Assembly (NCBI RefSeq): GCF_030384885.1
Contig: NZ_CP128613.1
Strand: one strand, 5' to 3'
From: Escherichia coli
Lineage (GTDB): Bacteria; Pseudomonadota; Gammaproteobacteria; Enterobacterales; Enterobacteriaceae
DNA length: 64,000 nucleotides
Shown: piece after piece, positions 45,532 to 55,881 of the stretch
Position numbering within the stretch: the stretch's first letter is position 1
Layout: each line of letters starts with the position of its first letter
Made by a program: the position numbers and the translations under genes
Notes under the pieces: model-generated
Seen by the model: the letters and a program-made list of their open reading frames with translations, nothing else
Told to the model about the DNA's origin: nothing
The model's database searches: none

Positions 45532-46667
45532 CCTTTTTTCCCTCCACTGTTTTTGAGCGTCAGCACCGGACGCAGTCGCGCGACAGGAATAATTAAACCG
45601 GCCTGCACCAGACATTGCACCACACTTTCAGCCGATTTATAGGCTTGTGGCGCTTCTTCAAAGATGAGTTGTTTATCGCGACAAATTACCCGACTGCCAA
45701 GTTCAGTACGTGAGAGTTGCGTCGCCGTGTGTTTCGCTGCCAGACGCCCTTTACACTCGGTGCGCCCCCATTTACGCCCTGCCCCATGCGCCAGCGAGTG
45801 GAGCGTTTTTTCGTTCGCAACAGGCTTAACCAGCCAGGAGTAATCACCGCGTGAACCGGGAATAATCACCAGACCGTTGTCATCCGGCGTAGCCCCTTTA
45901 CGGTGTAACCATCCTTGTTGATCGCCGATTCGACATGCGCTAACAAAGTTATGCGCCACATCCAGAACCGAATTTCCGTTGGCCTTAACTTGTTGCATTA
46001 TGCGCAAAGCGATCAGCTGGCGATTAATACGCGCAAACGCCAGCGCATCGTCATGTTCCGCAATATACCGTAGCGCGTCGTCACTGCCTTGAGGCAAACC
46101 ATGATGCGAAAACGAGGCAATATGCCGCTGTAAAATAGACTGCCCCAGCCCCCTCGAGCCGCTATGAACCAGCAGTTGCAGATGCTGCGCATCCAGACCT
46201 GCCAGTGCAAACAGTTCCGCGTCGATGATTTGATCAACTTTTTGCAGTTCTGCGAAGTGGTTTCCGCCACCGATAGAGCCAAGCGCGCAGCGCCACGGAT
46301 GCTGTGCAAACGCTGACGGCAGGTTTTCCTCCAGCCAGCTTTCTTCAGCAACGTCATCCAGCGCAGATAATCGCTTTTCAAACTTATCGGCGTTGTATTT
46401 ACGCGCGAGAATATCTGTTTGCCATAGCGCCATGCCGCAGCCGATATCATTGCCGACCAGTGCCGGGTAAAAACGGCCTACGGAGAAGAACGCTGCGCCA
46501 ATCGGATAGCCGCGTCCGGGGTGTAAATCTGGCATCCCTACTACGCGTTGCATGTCGGGTAAATTTGCCGAGGTGTGTAATTGTTGGATCGCTGAACTCT
46601 CGATCCACAGGTCATCAGATGCGATGGTAAATACCGCATCGGATAAGGGACGAATATATTTGCCCAT
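45528..46667 (-). CDS. rtcB: RtcB-family RNA ligase paired with PrfH (RtcB2-type)
   Basis: 379-aa ORF with RtcB-like His/Cys metal-site motifs (..GGNHFAE.., ..HSGSRG.., ..AHGAGR..); translationally coupled to prfH. Confidence 0.8.
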   Translation of the reverse strand: MGKYIRPLSDAVFTIASDDLWIESSAIQQLHTSANLPDMQRVVGMPDLHPGRGYPIGAAFFSVGRFYPALVGNDIGCGMALWQTDILARKYNADKFEKRLSALDDVAEESWLEENLPSAFAQHPWRCALGSIGGGNHFAELQKVDQIIDAELFALAGLDAQHLQLLVHSGSRGLGQSILQRHIASFSHHGLPQGSDDALRYIAEHDDALAFARINRQLIALRIMQQVKANGNSVLDVAHNFVSACRIGDQQGWLHRKGATPDDNGLVIIPGSRGDYSWLVKPVANEKTLHSLAHGAGRKWGRTECKGRLAAKHTATQLSRTELGSRVICRDKQLIFEEAPQAYKSAESVVQCLVQAGLIIPVARLRPVLTLKNSGGKKG

Positions 46668-46671
46668 GTAT

Positions 46672-46770
46672 CATTCCATTTATACTCGTCATACTTCAAG
46701 TTGCATGTACTGCGACTGCGTTCGTTCACCCCAGTCACTTACTTTAGTAAGCTCCTGGGGATTCACTCGC
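46672..46770. repeat. ERIC/IRU element
   Basis: Reverse complement reads GTGAATCCCCAGGAGCTTAC.AAGTAAGTGACTGGGGTGAACGAACGCAG..ATGCAACTTGAAGTATGACGAGTATA, matching the ERIC consensus from memory. Confidence 0.65.
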
Positions 46771-46984
46771 TTGTCGCCTTCCTGCAACTCGAATTATTTA
46801 GAGTATATAAATATAAAAATCAAGAAATGGCAGACGAATCCAGGGCAAGAAAAAAAGAATTAATCCTGGAAAGGTCTGCAAAGAGTCATTGATAAAGGAT
46901 TTTTCATGATTTACCTCCTTGCAGTTTGTGGAATAAGAAAACGCGCACATATTAGGCGGGCGTTATTTTCATTGCAAGCTGGAT

Positions 46985-47437
46985 TTAGTGTTGCGGTTTA
47001 TATCGCATATGAAAATTAGTAAACCACGCTCCCCGGCATTCAACGCGCTGCTGCTTAACTGTCTGAAAACCATAACGTTCAAAAAAGGGTTTTGCGGTTA
47101 TGCTGGCATCTACCGTAAGTTCGGATTCAGACTTAATCAAAGGTTTTAACAAAGCGCTGGCAACCCCGCAGCGGTTGTATTTCGGATCAACAAATAACAT
47201 ATCGATATAATGCTCAATGCAGGTAATAAAGCCGACCAGTTGTGTATTAATAACCGCAACCCGCACTTGTGATTTCGCGAGTTTCTCTTTCCATCGATGT
47301 TCATCAATCTGCGCCCAGGCGGCAATTTGTTGTGGTGAATAATGCTGACTAGCGGTCATCGTAACCGCTCTAATAAAAATAGCGCATAGTTGCTGAAAAT
47401 CGCCAGGCTGATAGTTCCTTATTTGTATATTATTCAT
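46985..47437 (-). CDS. yafP: GNAT-family acetyltransferase
   Basis: 150-aa ORF; start overlaps dinB stop. Confidence 0.85.
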   Translation of the reverse strand: MNNIQIRNYQPGDFQQLCAIFIRAVTMTASQHYSPQQIAAWAQIDEHRWKEKLAKSQVRVAVINTQLVGFITCIEHYIDMLFVDPKYNRCGVASALLKPLIKSESELTVDASITAKPFFERYGFQTVKQQRVECRGAWFTNFHMRYKPQH

Positions 47438-48489
47438 AATCCCAGCACCAGTTGTCTTTCCATTTGCGGATCAAGCAACGTCACATGCAGCCCCACCAGT
47501 CGCACACCGCGCCCGCCACGGCGTTCATCCCAGGTTTTACGCGCAGTGGCGATCAAGTCAGCTTTATTCAGCCGCGGCCAGACGTGTTCCTGGGTGGTTT
47601 GCTGAAAATCGTCGAACTTTAATTTCACCCCCTGGCGGGCAATCAGTAAATCAGGTTTTACCTTTGCCAGACGACGTTCAAGTTCCGGGTACAACCGCTC
47701 GATGATCGCTTCACATTCAGACCAGTGATGAATATCTTCCGCCATCGTGCGTTCTACACCGACGGATTTTCGCAACCTTTCGCTGTTAACGTCGCGCTCG
47801 TCAATGCCCTGACTACGCTCCCACAAAATGCGGCCAAATTTGCCAAAGCGTTTAAGCAATGTCACCAGATCACACTTTTGTACATCGCCGCAGGTTCGTA
47901 GCCCCATCGCTTCCAGTTTTGCCGCCGAGACTTTGCCGACACCGGGAATTTTTGCCAGCGGTAAGGTTTGCAGAAATGCCGGAACTTCTGCTGGCGTAAT
48001 CACAAACTGACCGTTGGGTTTATTCATGTCTGAGGCGATTTTGGCGAGAAACTTGACCGGCGCAACGCCCGCAGACGCCGTCAGTTGCAGCTCGTTGAAG
48101 ATCGTCTGGCGGATTTCCTGAGCGATAAGGGTCGCAGAGCCGTGGCAATGGACACTATCGGTGACGTCGAGATAGGCTTCATCCAGTGACAGCGGCTCAA
48201 TACGCGATGTGTAGCGAGAGAAGATTTCGCGGATATGATTTGACGCTTCTTTGTAGGCGTCAAAGCGCCCTGGAAGCAAGGTGAGATGCGGACACAGTTT
48301 GAGCGCCATGCCGGTTGGCATTGCGCTACGCACGCCAAATTTACGCGCAGGATAATTGGCGGTGCTGATCACCCCCCGGCGTTCGCGGCTGCCGCCAATA
48401 GCAATAGGGATATCGCGCAGGGCGGGATTGTCGCGCATCTCCACCGCGGCGAAAAAGCAGTCCATATCCACATGAATGATTTTACGCAT
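47434..48489 (-). CDS. dinB: DNA polymerase IV (Y-family)
   Basis: 351-aa [29 protein letters not shown]... Confidence 0.95.
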   Translation of the reverse strand: MRKIIHVDMDCFFAAVEMRDNPALRDIPIAIGGSRERRGVISTANYPARKFGVRSAMPTGMALKLCPHLTLLPGRFDAYKEASNHIREIFSRYTSRIEPLSLDEAYLDVTDSVHCHGSATLIAQEIRQTIFNELQLTASAGVAPVKFLAKIASDMNKPNGQFVITPAEVPAFLQTLPLAKIPGVGKVSAAKLEAMGLRTCGDVQKCDLVTLLKRFGKFGRILWERSQGIDERDVNSERLRKSVGVERTMAEDIHHWSECEAIIERLYPELERRLAKVKPDLLIARQGVKLKFDDFQQTTQEHVWPRLNKADLIATARKTWDERRGGRGVRLVGLHVTLLDPQMERQLVLGL

Positions 48490-48503
48490 TGCTCACCTCT
48501 CAA

Positions 48504-48523
48504 TACTGGTAAAGTATACAGTG
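48504..48523 (-). promoter_or_regulatory. LexA (SOS) box of dinB
   Basis: Minus strand reads CACTGTATACTTTACCAGTA (CTGT-N8-ACAG class) 15-35 bp upstream of dinB start. Confidence 0.7.
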
Positions 48524-48559
48524 ATTTCAGAGTTTGAGAAATGCGTAAAGATTCAGCAT

Positions 48560-49138
48560 TTAACGCGTTCGCTGCGAAAGCACCTGCTGCTTATCCAGCT
48601 TTTTCACCAACGGCTGCACCACTTTATCGCCATGCTGACCAAAATATTGATACAACGTATCGGACGCGCTTTTGGTGAGCACCATAATCTCAATGCGCCG
48701 ATTGCCCGCGCTTTGTGGATTTTTGGCATCCAGCAGCATCTGGTCCGCCATTGCGCTCACCCGCGCTTCGCCCTGTAACACCGGCTGCAACTGGCGGTCC
48801 ACCGCGCCGCCGGAAAGTGCGGTGCGTTTGTCCAGCATCTGCGTGAGCGCCGTACCCTGCGCCTGCCCGCTCTTACGCTGGCTATGACGATAATCGAGCA
48901 ATTGCTGCTCCAGTTGCCCGAGATAGTGATCCGCCTGCTGCAACGTGGTGAGCTGATCGTTAAGCTGCACGCTGTAACGCTGCGGGCGAGTGGTAATCAG
49001 CGGCGAGGCCGGATATTCACTCGCCGTCGCCGGGAGCTTTTGCCGCACCGCCTGAGTGGGCGCAACGGTTGACGACGATACCGCAGCGCTATGCGCGCCG
49101 CCGGTGGCGAGTGATGAAGATGTAAGTCCGACCTGCAT
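48560..49138 (-). pseudogene. remnant ORF carrying a MotB/OmpA-type C-terminal motif (LafU/MbhA-like), probably a deletion-fusion product
   Basis: 192-aa ORF ending ..NRRIEIMVLTKS.. (OmpA-like peptidoglycan-binding signature) but lacking MotB N-terminal TM region; sits where the flagellin/motor (laf) cluster would be. Confidence 0.45.
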
Positions 49139-49154
49139 ACTGTTCCTGAAAGAG

Positions 49155-50084
49155 TTAGAGAACGCTGAACAAATTCAACTCACTCACCTTCGAGTAAGTC
49201 TTGAGGGTAGCTTCCATTGCCACTTCCAGTCCGGTAAAGGTGATCGACGCCGGGCCGTAATCGAGATCCTGCAATGAACCAATCAACTCATCATTAGAGG
49301 TAGAGATATCGGTCTGCGCATCGCTCAGCATCGACATGGTGTTTTGTGTCTCGCCGAGCGACGCAATCGAGGCGTTGAGGTCGTCCGAGGCGGTGTCCAC
49401 CACATTAACGGCGTTTTGAATATCGCTTTGTACCTGCGGATCTGCCGGGTCAACGTTAGGGTTTTGCAACTCCTGCGACAGGGCATTGAGCGTGTTGAGC
49501 ACATCTAAATTGCTGCCAAAGAAATCGCTCGCCGCCACGTTGGTGTCTACTTCGACGCCGTTCGACACCGTAGTCTGGCGATGGTCGCTGTTACCCTGAT
49601 AGCTGTAGCGATCGGTCACGCCATCACCGTCATCGTCCACCGCCACAATCGGCGGTTGATCGTTGATAGTGCCGCCAAAGACGTAATGCCCGTCTTCATC
49701 CTGATAGTTGAGCGCCGCCACCATCGATTCGGTTAGCGACTCAATATCCTGACCGAGGCTTGCCAGCGAATCGGCGGTATTGGTGCCGTTCGCTGCTTCC
49801 AGCAGGTCGTCGCGCACCGCCAGCAGGCTGTTGTTGACGCCATCAAGAATGGATTCCTGCTGGCTTAAGCCCGCCGACGCGGAGTCGATATTGCTCTGAT
49901 ACTGCTCAATCGCCGACTGCTGGCGGTTCAACTGGGTGATACGTGTGGCGGCGATAGGATCATCCGATGGCTGCAAAATTTCCTTGCCGGTTGCCATCTG
50001 CTCGACCACGTGCGCCAGTTCGCCAGAAAGATTATTAAAACTTTGCGTCATCGAGACGTAGGTTTGTTGGGTGGTTACTCGCAT
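49155..50084 (-). CDS. lfgL: flagellar hook-associated protein 3 (lateral system)
   Basis: FlgL-like N-terminus from MRVTTQQ; flagellin-type terminal helices. Confidence 0.8.
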   Translation of the reverse strand: MRVTTQQTYVSMTQSFNNLSGELAHVVEQMATGKEILQPSDDPIAATRITQLNRQQSAIEQYQSNIDSASAGLSQQESILDGVNNSLLAVRDDLLEAANGTNTADSLASLGQDIESLTESMVAALNYQDEDGHYVFGGTINDQPPIVAVDDDGDGVTDRYSYQGNSDHRQTTVSNGVEVDTNVAASDFFGSNLDVLNTLNALSQELQNPNVDPADPQVQSDIQNAVNVVDTASDDLNASIASLGETQNTMSMLSDAQTDISTSNDELIGSLQDLDYGPASITFTGLEVAMEATLKTYSKVSELNLFSVL

Positions 50085-50098
50085 TTTCGCGCTCCCGC

Positions 50099-51475
50099 TT
50101 AGCTGCACATTTCCAGCACCGAATCAAAAATCTCGGCCCCGGCGGAAATGACTTTCAGATTGGCTTCATAAATTTGTTGATAGGTGATCAGGTTCACCGC
50201 CTCTTCGTCCATGCTGACGCCGCTGACGCTGCTCTGCTGGTTTTGCGCCTCAGAATAGACATTGGACGCAGCGGTCACTTCGGTCTGGTTTTGCTGAGTG
50301 TAAATGCCAATATTGCTGATGATCGACGAGCACGCTTGCCCGACCGTCACGCTGCCGAGGTTGGCTATCTCCAGCGGCTCAGTGGAGATGTTGATCAGCG
50401 CCTGCAGGTTGTCGCTGTTGCCGCTTTCGTCCGGCGAACTGGAGAACGCCAGTTCATCGGCGGTGATATCCGGGTTAACGGTCAGCGGGCCATCGGCATT
50501 ACTGGCATCGTAAATAAACAGCGGCTCGCCGGGGTTACCGTTGAGATCATAGCCCTGCGCCAGCTGATTGTTGACCGCATCGGCGAACTGCGACGCCATG
50601 CTGTTGATGGTGTCGGTCAGCGGCGTCAGCACGTCGTTTTGATAATCAAAAAGTGCGCCTAATGAACCGCCGGTATCGGTGGTCATGGTCGAGGTCGTTC
50701 CGGCAAAGGTCAGTGTCATCGTTGGCGTGCCATCGGCGTTGGTTTCCAGCGCGATGGTCGAACTTTGCTGCCCGCTCACCAGCGGCTGACCGTTTTGCAG
50801 GGTGACGTTGTAGTTGCCCTGGTCGTCGATATTGACCTGCACATCCATCATTCCGCTGAGTTCTTCCACCATCTGATCACGAGCGTCATACAGCGCGGAG
50901 GCGTTATCACCGTTGGCTTCGGCCTGGGCGATTTGCTGGTTATAGCTGGCGATGCCGCTGGTGAGCGTATTGATTTGCGACACCATCGCCTGCTGCTGGC
51001 TGATGATTTCTGTGCTTTGCGAGTCGATGTAATCGAGCGTGTTATCGATACGCAACGACAGCGCCCCGGCTTCGCTGATCACCTGCTCGCGCAGGGCAGA
51101 ATCATCGGGGCTGGTGGTCGCTTCGTTGAGGGCCGCGAAAAAGTTATCGAACCCGCCGCTCAGGCTACTGTTATCGTCGCTCAATACCGCTTCCAGTTGC
51201 GTGAGATACCCTTGCTGGGTGTTGTAATAGCCGTAATCGCTGGCGGCATACCACACCTGATTCACCTGATACTGGTTGGAGACGCGACGAATGCTGTCCA
51301 CCTGTACACCGTTTCCGGCGCTGTTCGGCGAACCGCCGCTGGCACCGATGGTGCTGATCTCCGCCACCTGGCGGGTGTAGCCCGTGGTCATGGCGTTAGC
51401 GGTGTTTTGCGCCGTGACGTTCAGCTCCACCTGCGCCGTTGATGCGCCGCTGTAGCCGATGTTAATCATGTCCAT
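50099..51475 (-). CDS. lfgK: flagellar hook-associated protein 1 (lateral system)
   Basis: 458-aa ORF; FlgK-like N-terminus ..AQNTANAMTTGYTRQ.. Confidence 0.85.
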   Translation of the reverse strand: MDMINIGYSGASTAQVELNVTAQNTANAMTTGYTRQVAEISTIGASGGSPNSAGNGVQVDSIRRVSNQYQVNQVWYAASDYGYYNTQQGYLTQLEAVLSDDNSSLSGGFDNFFAALNEATTSPDDSALREQVISEAGALSLRIDNTLDYIDSQSTEIISQQQAMVSQINTLTSGIASYNQQIAQAEANGDNASALYDARDQMVEELSGMMDVQVNIDDQGNYNVTLQNGQPLVSGQQSSTIALETNADGTPTMTLTFAGTTSTMTTDTGGSLGALFDYQNDVLTPLTDTINSMASQFADAVNNQLAQGYDLNGNPGEPLFIYDASNADGPLTVNPDITADELAFSSSPDESGNSDNLQALINISTEPLEIANLGSVTVGQACSSIISNIGIYTQQNQTEVTAASNVYSEAQNQQSSVSGVSMDEEAVNLITYQQIYEANLKVISAGAEIFDSVLEMCS

Positions 51476-51544
51476 GTTGGATCCTTACCGGTAAATCGTG
51501 CCGGATAAAAGCGGCGTGAAGTTGGGGATTCTTAAGTTCCGTAA

Positions 51545-51895
<351 letters not shown>

Positions 51896-51896
51896 C

Positions 51897-52196
51897 TCAT
51901 TTATGCTTCGGCGACAACTGCTTCACAATCATCGCCGCGATCCCTATCCCGTGCTGCTGCGCCAGGGTGTTACACAACTCATCGTCATAAAACCCCTGCA
52001 TCATGCGCACCGAATCGCTGTTAAATGGGTTATCTTTCGAATCAAACAACTCGTTGGTTTTACGCATCTCTTTCAGCATGTTGCGTAAAAAAATCGCCTC
52101 AAACTGTTCGGCGGCCTGCTTAATATCATTGGCCTGAACCTTCGGCCCCATTAACGCATCGCTGCCGTCAATCCCGCCGCTGGCGTTGACTTTCAT
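51897..52196 (-). CDS. lfgJ: FlgJ-like rod-binding protein, short form without muramidase domain
   Basis: 99-aa ORF; ..QFEAIFLRNMLKEMRKT.. aligns with FlgJ N-terminal rod-binding domain. Confidence 0.7.
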   Translation of the reverse strand: MKVNASGGIDGSDALMGPKVQANDIKQAAEQFEAIFLRNMLKEMRKTNELFDSKDNPFNSDSVRMMQGFYDDELCNTLAQQHGIGIAAMIVKQLSPKHK

Positions 52197-53296
52197 CAGA
52201 TCACCTCCAGGTCGGCATCCAGCGCGCCCGCTTCATGCAGCGCCTGCAAAATCGACATAATGTCGTCCGGCGTTGCGCCTAAACTGTTCAGCGCATTGAC
52301 CAGCGTTTTCAGGCTGCTCGACTCCGGCAAACTCACCACGCCCGGACGGGCATGATTCACCGCGATATTGCTCTGCGGCGTTACCGCCGTACGCCCGCCC
52401 GCAAAGGCATTCGGCTGGCTGACGTTGCTGGTTTCGTTAATTGAGACGGTCAGGCTGCCGTGCGACACCGCCGCCGCGTGCAGCGCGATGCCATCGCCCA
52501 TCACCACCGTACCGGTACGCGAGTTAAACACCACGCGGGCGCGGATTTTCTCCGCCTGCACCTGCACATCATCCAGTTGCGACATAAACGCCACCCGCGC
52601 GCCGGGGCTGGTGGGCGCACGCACGGTGACGTTGGTGGAACTCTGCGCCGTGGCAATGCCGCCAAACGAAGCGTTGATCGCCGCCGCAATGTTGTTGGCG
52701 TCTTTAAACGACGGGCGTTTCAGGTTAAGCGTGATGGTGTCGCCCATCTGAAAATCGCTGGGGATTTCGCGCTCCACCGTCGCGCCATTGGGGATTAACC
52801 CGGCGGTCGGCGTATTAACCGTTACGCTCGAGCCGCTGGCCCCGGTGGCATTCATCCCGCCCACCACCACACTTCCCTGCGCCAGGGCATACACTTCGCC
52901 ATCTGCGCCGTGCAACTGGGTCAGCAGCAAGGTGCCGCCGCGAATACTTTTGGCATCGCCAATCGACGAGACGGTGACATCAATAGTCTGCCCACGCGAG
53001 TACATCGGCGGCAACGTGGCGCTCACCGCCACCGCGGCGACGTTTTTCACCTTCGGGTCGATTTTATTTGGCAACTGCACGCCAAACTGGCGCAGCATAT
53101 TGGTGATGGTCTGGTTGGTGAATTTGACCTGGTTTTTATCGCCCGTACCGTCGAGGCCGACCACCAGGCTGTAGCCGACCAGTTGGTTTTCACGCACGCC
53201 CTGTACGTTGACCAGCGACTCCAGCGATTGCGCCAGCGCCACGCCAGGTAGCGCCAGGCTTACGGCTACCATCACCGTTTTTATCCAGTTTTGCAT
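52196..53296 (-). CDS. lfgI: flagellar P-ring protein
   Basis: FlgI-like; start at Met with GGAGAG RBS giving signal peptide [22 protein letters not shown]. Confidence 0.9.
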   Translation of the reverse strand: MQNWIKTVMVAVSLALPGVALAQSLESLVNVQGVRENQLVGYSLVVGLDGTGDKNQVKFTNQTITNMLRQFGVQLPNKIDPKVKNVAAVAVSATLPPMYSRGQTIDVTVSSIGDAKSIRGGTLLLTQLHGADGEVYALAQGSVVVGGMNATGASGSSVTVNTPTAGLIPNGATVEREIPSDFQMGDTITLNLKRPSFKDANNIAAAINASFGGIATAQSSTNVTVRAPTSPGARVAFMSQLDDVQVQAEKIRARVVFNSRTGTVVMGDGIALHAAAVSHGSLTVSINETSNVSQPNAFAGGRTAVTPQSNIAVNHARPGVVSLPESSSLKTLVNALNSLGATPDDIMSILQALHEAGALDADLEVI

Positions 53297-53310
53297 TGCA
53301 CTCTCCGGCA

Positions 53311-53976
53311 TTAAATCGGGAACAGAGGATGGTTAAACAGCCGGGTCAGCCAGCCTGCGGCGTTGGCGTCGCTTAACGCGCCACGTCCGGCATAGGAGAT
53401 ACGGGCGTCGGCGATCCGCTGGGAAGAAACCGAGTTGTCATTCTGGATATCGTCGGCGCGCACCAGGCCGCTTAAGCGGATGTACTCATCGCCCTGATTG
53501 AGGGTGAGCCATTTCTCGCCGCGAATTTCCAGGATGCCGTTGGGCTGCACCGCATGGACGGAAACAGTGATCTCCCCGCGCAGACTGTTCTGCTGCTGGG
53601 ACGTGGCGCTGCCGTCAAAGTCGCGGTTGGCGTCGATGGAGCCGGAGAGGTTATTTTTGGTGTGACCAAATACCGTTGGCGCGGTGATATCGACGCTGTT
53701 GCTTTTGCCGAAATTGGTTTTCGCCTGTTTGCTCGACTGGGTCGATTCTTCGAGGATCACCGTCAGGATATCGCCCACGCGATAAGCCCGCCGATCGGCG
53801 GTTAGCGACCAGTTGTAGCCCGTTTCAAACACGCCCCCGGCACGCCCGTCTGCCGGAGGCGGCGCTTCGGTTTTCGGTGGCGCAAAGTATGCGTCGTCTT
53901 TTTTGACCAGAATGGCCTGCGATTCACACCCGCTAAGCAGGGGAAGCAGCGCCACCAGCCAGAGATAATTTTTCAC
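53311..53976 (-). CDS. lfgH: flagellar L-ring lipoprotein
   Basis: 221-aa ORF with lipobox LLSGC. Confidence 0.9.
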   Translation of the reverse strand: MKNYLWLVALLPLLSGCESQAILVKKDDAYFAPPKTEAPPPADGRAGGVFETGYNWSLTADRRAYRVGDILTVILEESTQSSKQAKTNFGKSNSVDITAPTVFGHTKNNLSGSIDANRDFDGSATSQQQNSLRGEITVSVHAVQPNGILEIRGEKWLTLNQGDEYIRLSGLVRADDIQNDNSVSSQRIADARISYAGRGALSDANAAGWLTRLFNHPLFPI

Positions 53977-54045
53977 GTTCTGCCTGTTTAGTGTTGCAGG
54001 CCACGGGGTGGCCGGTTGTTTGGTGGGTTGGAGCGGGTTTGTTCC

Positions 54046-54158
54046 CCCTCACCCTAACCCTCTCCCCAAAGGGGCGAGGGGACCGATCGAGCGCGTTTTT
54101 ACATCGTGCTCCACTTTTCTCCCTCTCCCTGTGGGAGAGGGCCGGGGTGAGGGCATCA
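54046..54158. repeat. about 112-bp GC-rich palindromic intergenic repeat, copy 1
   Basis: Terminal inverted motifs CCCCTCACCC...GGGTGAGGG and internal hairpin CCCTCTCCC-TGT-GGGAGAGGG; reverse complement of copy at 61282-61392. Confidence 0.65.
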
Positions 54159-54179
54159 GGCCGCACCGCCCTTAACGCC

Positions 54180-54965
54180 TTACAGCGTCTGACTGATGTA
54201 CTGCAACATATCGTCCGCCGCCGACACCATTTTGGCGTTCATCTCGTAGGCACGTTGCACCGTAATCATCGCCACCATTTCGTTGACGATATCCACGTTC
54301 GAGCCTTCGAGCGCATTGTCCTGCAAGGTGCCAAGCCCATCTTCGCCCGGTACGCCTTCGGTCGGCTGACCGCTGGCGGCGGTTTCCAGATAGAGGTTGT
54401 CACCCTCGGCAGAAAGCCCCGCCGGGTTGGCGAAGTTGACCAGCGTCAGTTGCCCTAACTCGGTCACGTCGCTGTCGCCAGGTAAGATAGCCGTCACCGT
54501 GCCGTCCTCACCAAACGCAACATTCGTCGCCCCCGCCGGAACGTCGATTTCCGGCTGTAACGGCAAGCCCTGCGAGTTGGTCAGCACGCCGTCGGCGTTC
54601 ACCTGCAAGTTGCCGTCGCGGGTATAGGCGATATCGCCGTTGGCCTTTTGCACCTGCAAAAACCCCTGCCCCATAATGGCGACATTCATCGCGTTGTCGG
54701 TGGTTTCGACGTTGCCTTCGGTAAAGGTTTTCTGAGTGCCGACAATGCGCACGCCGCTACCGAATTGCAGCCCGGTCGGCATGATGTTGTTCTGGTCGAG
54801 CATCGCGCCCGGCGCTTCCTGGGTCTGGTAGAACAGATCCTGAAACATCACCCGGTCGCGCTTGAAGCCGGTGGTGTTAACGTTGGCGATGTTGTTGGCA
54901 ATCGCGCTCATTTCAGCATCCTGCGCCGAGAGGCCGGTTTTGCTGATCCATAATGCTGCGTTCAT
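54180..54965 (-). CDS. lfgG: flagellar distal rod protein
   Basis: 261 aa from MNAALWISKTGL; ORF-track extension upstream runs into a REP element. Confidence 0.85.
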   Translation of the reverse strand: MNAALWISKTGLSAQDAEMSAIANNIANVNTTGFKRDRVMFQDLFYQTQEAPGAMLDQNNIMPTGLQFGSGVRIVGTQKTFTEGNVETTDNAMNVAIMGQGFLQVQKANGDIAYTRDGNLQVNADGVLTNSQGLPLQPEIDVPAGATNVAFGEDGTVTAILPGDSDVTELGQLTLVNFANPAGLSAEGDNLYLETAASGQPTEGVPGEDGLGTLQDNALEGSNVDIVNEMVAMITVQRAYEMNAKMVSAADDMLQYISQTL

Positions 54966-54984
54966 GGTGGTAAATTCCGTGTTA

Positions 54985-55140
<156 letters not shown>

Positions 55141-55143
55141 CGG

Positions 55144-55881
55144 TTACGAGCCGCGCAATAAGCGGTTGCCCGCGTCGCTGATATCTTCGGCGGTTTTCAT
55201 CATTTTGATCTGCGCTTCAAACTGGCGGTTCATGGCGATGGACGACATCATTTCGCTCACCGCCGAGACGTTGCTGCCCTCGAGAAAACCGCCGCTGACT
55301 TTGATGTTTTCATCACGCTGGGCCGGAACGCCGTCGCTAGTCACCAGCATCCCTTCAGGATTTTTCGCCAGGTTAGCAACCGGGATATCCACCAGCTTCA
55401 GGCGGTCGATATCCATCGTGGCGGTCACGTCACCGTCATCGGGCGTCACCGACAGCGTGCCGTCGCTGCCAAACGAGGCAATGGCGTTCGGCGGCAGAAT
55501 GATCGGGCCGTTATCCCCCAGTACCAGATTGCCGTCGATGGTCAGTTGCCCCTGATCGTCCTGCTGAATGTTGCCGTTGCGGGTATAAACTTCGTTGCCG
55601 TTTTTATCCTGCACCGCAATGTAACCCGCCCCCTGAATCGCCACGTCCAGCGGGCGTTCGGTTTTCTCCGCCACACCCGTGCTGTCGTTCACGCCGCTGG
55701 CCCCTTCCTGCGCCATATAGCGCGTGTCGAAGCCGCCGCCTTTCACCTTGTCGTTGGTCGCCATCGCCATATCGGCGCGAAAACCGTTGGTGTTGACGTT
55801 CGCCAGGTTGTTGGCGCTAATTTGCTGCTCGTACAACGTCTGAGAAGCCCCGCTCAGGGCGGTATAAATCAAGCGATCCAT
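55144..55881 (-). CDS. lfgF: flagellar proximal rod protein
   Basis: 245-aa FlgF-like ORF; start overlaps lfgE stop. Confidence 0.9.
   Translation of the reverse strand: MDRLIYTALSGASQTLYEQQISANNLANVNTNGFRADMAMATNDKVKGGGFDTRYMAQEGASGVNDSTGVAEKTERPLDVAIQGAGYIAVQDKNGNEVYTRNGNIQQDDQGQLTIDGNLVLGDNGPIILPPNAIASFGSDGTLSVTPDDGDVTATMDIDRLKLVDIPVANLAKNPEGMLVTSDGVPAQRDENIKVSGGFLEGSNVSAVSEMMSSIAMNRQFEAQIKMMKTAEDISDAGNRLLRGS

Noticed and set aside
52368-53251. Plus-strand ORFs (127, 112, 128, 113 aa) and the 62-aa minus-strand ORF at 52501-52689
   Set aside because: Antisense or out-of-frame within the well-supported flgI-like gene; typical of GC-rich DNA
53991-54458. 155-aa ORF and the overlapping 77-aa ORF at 53933-54166
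   Set aside because: Run through the palindromic repeat (peptide PLTLTLSPKGRGDRS recurs at the second repeat copy) and antisense to lfgG
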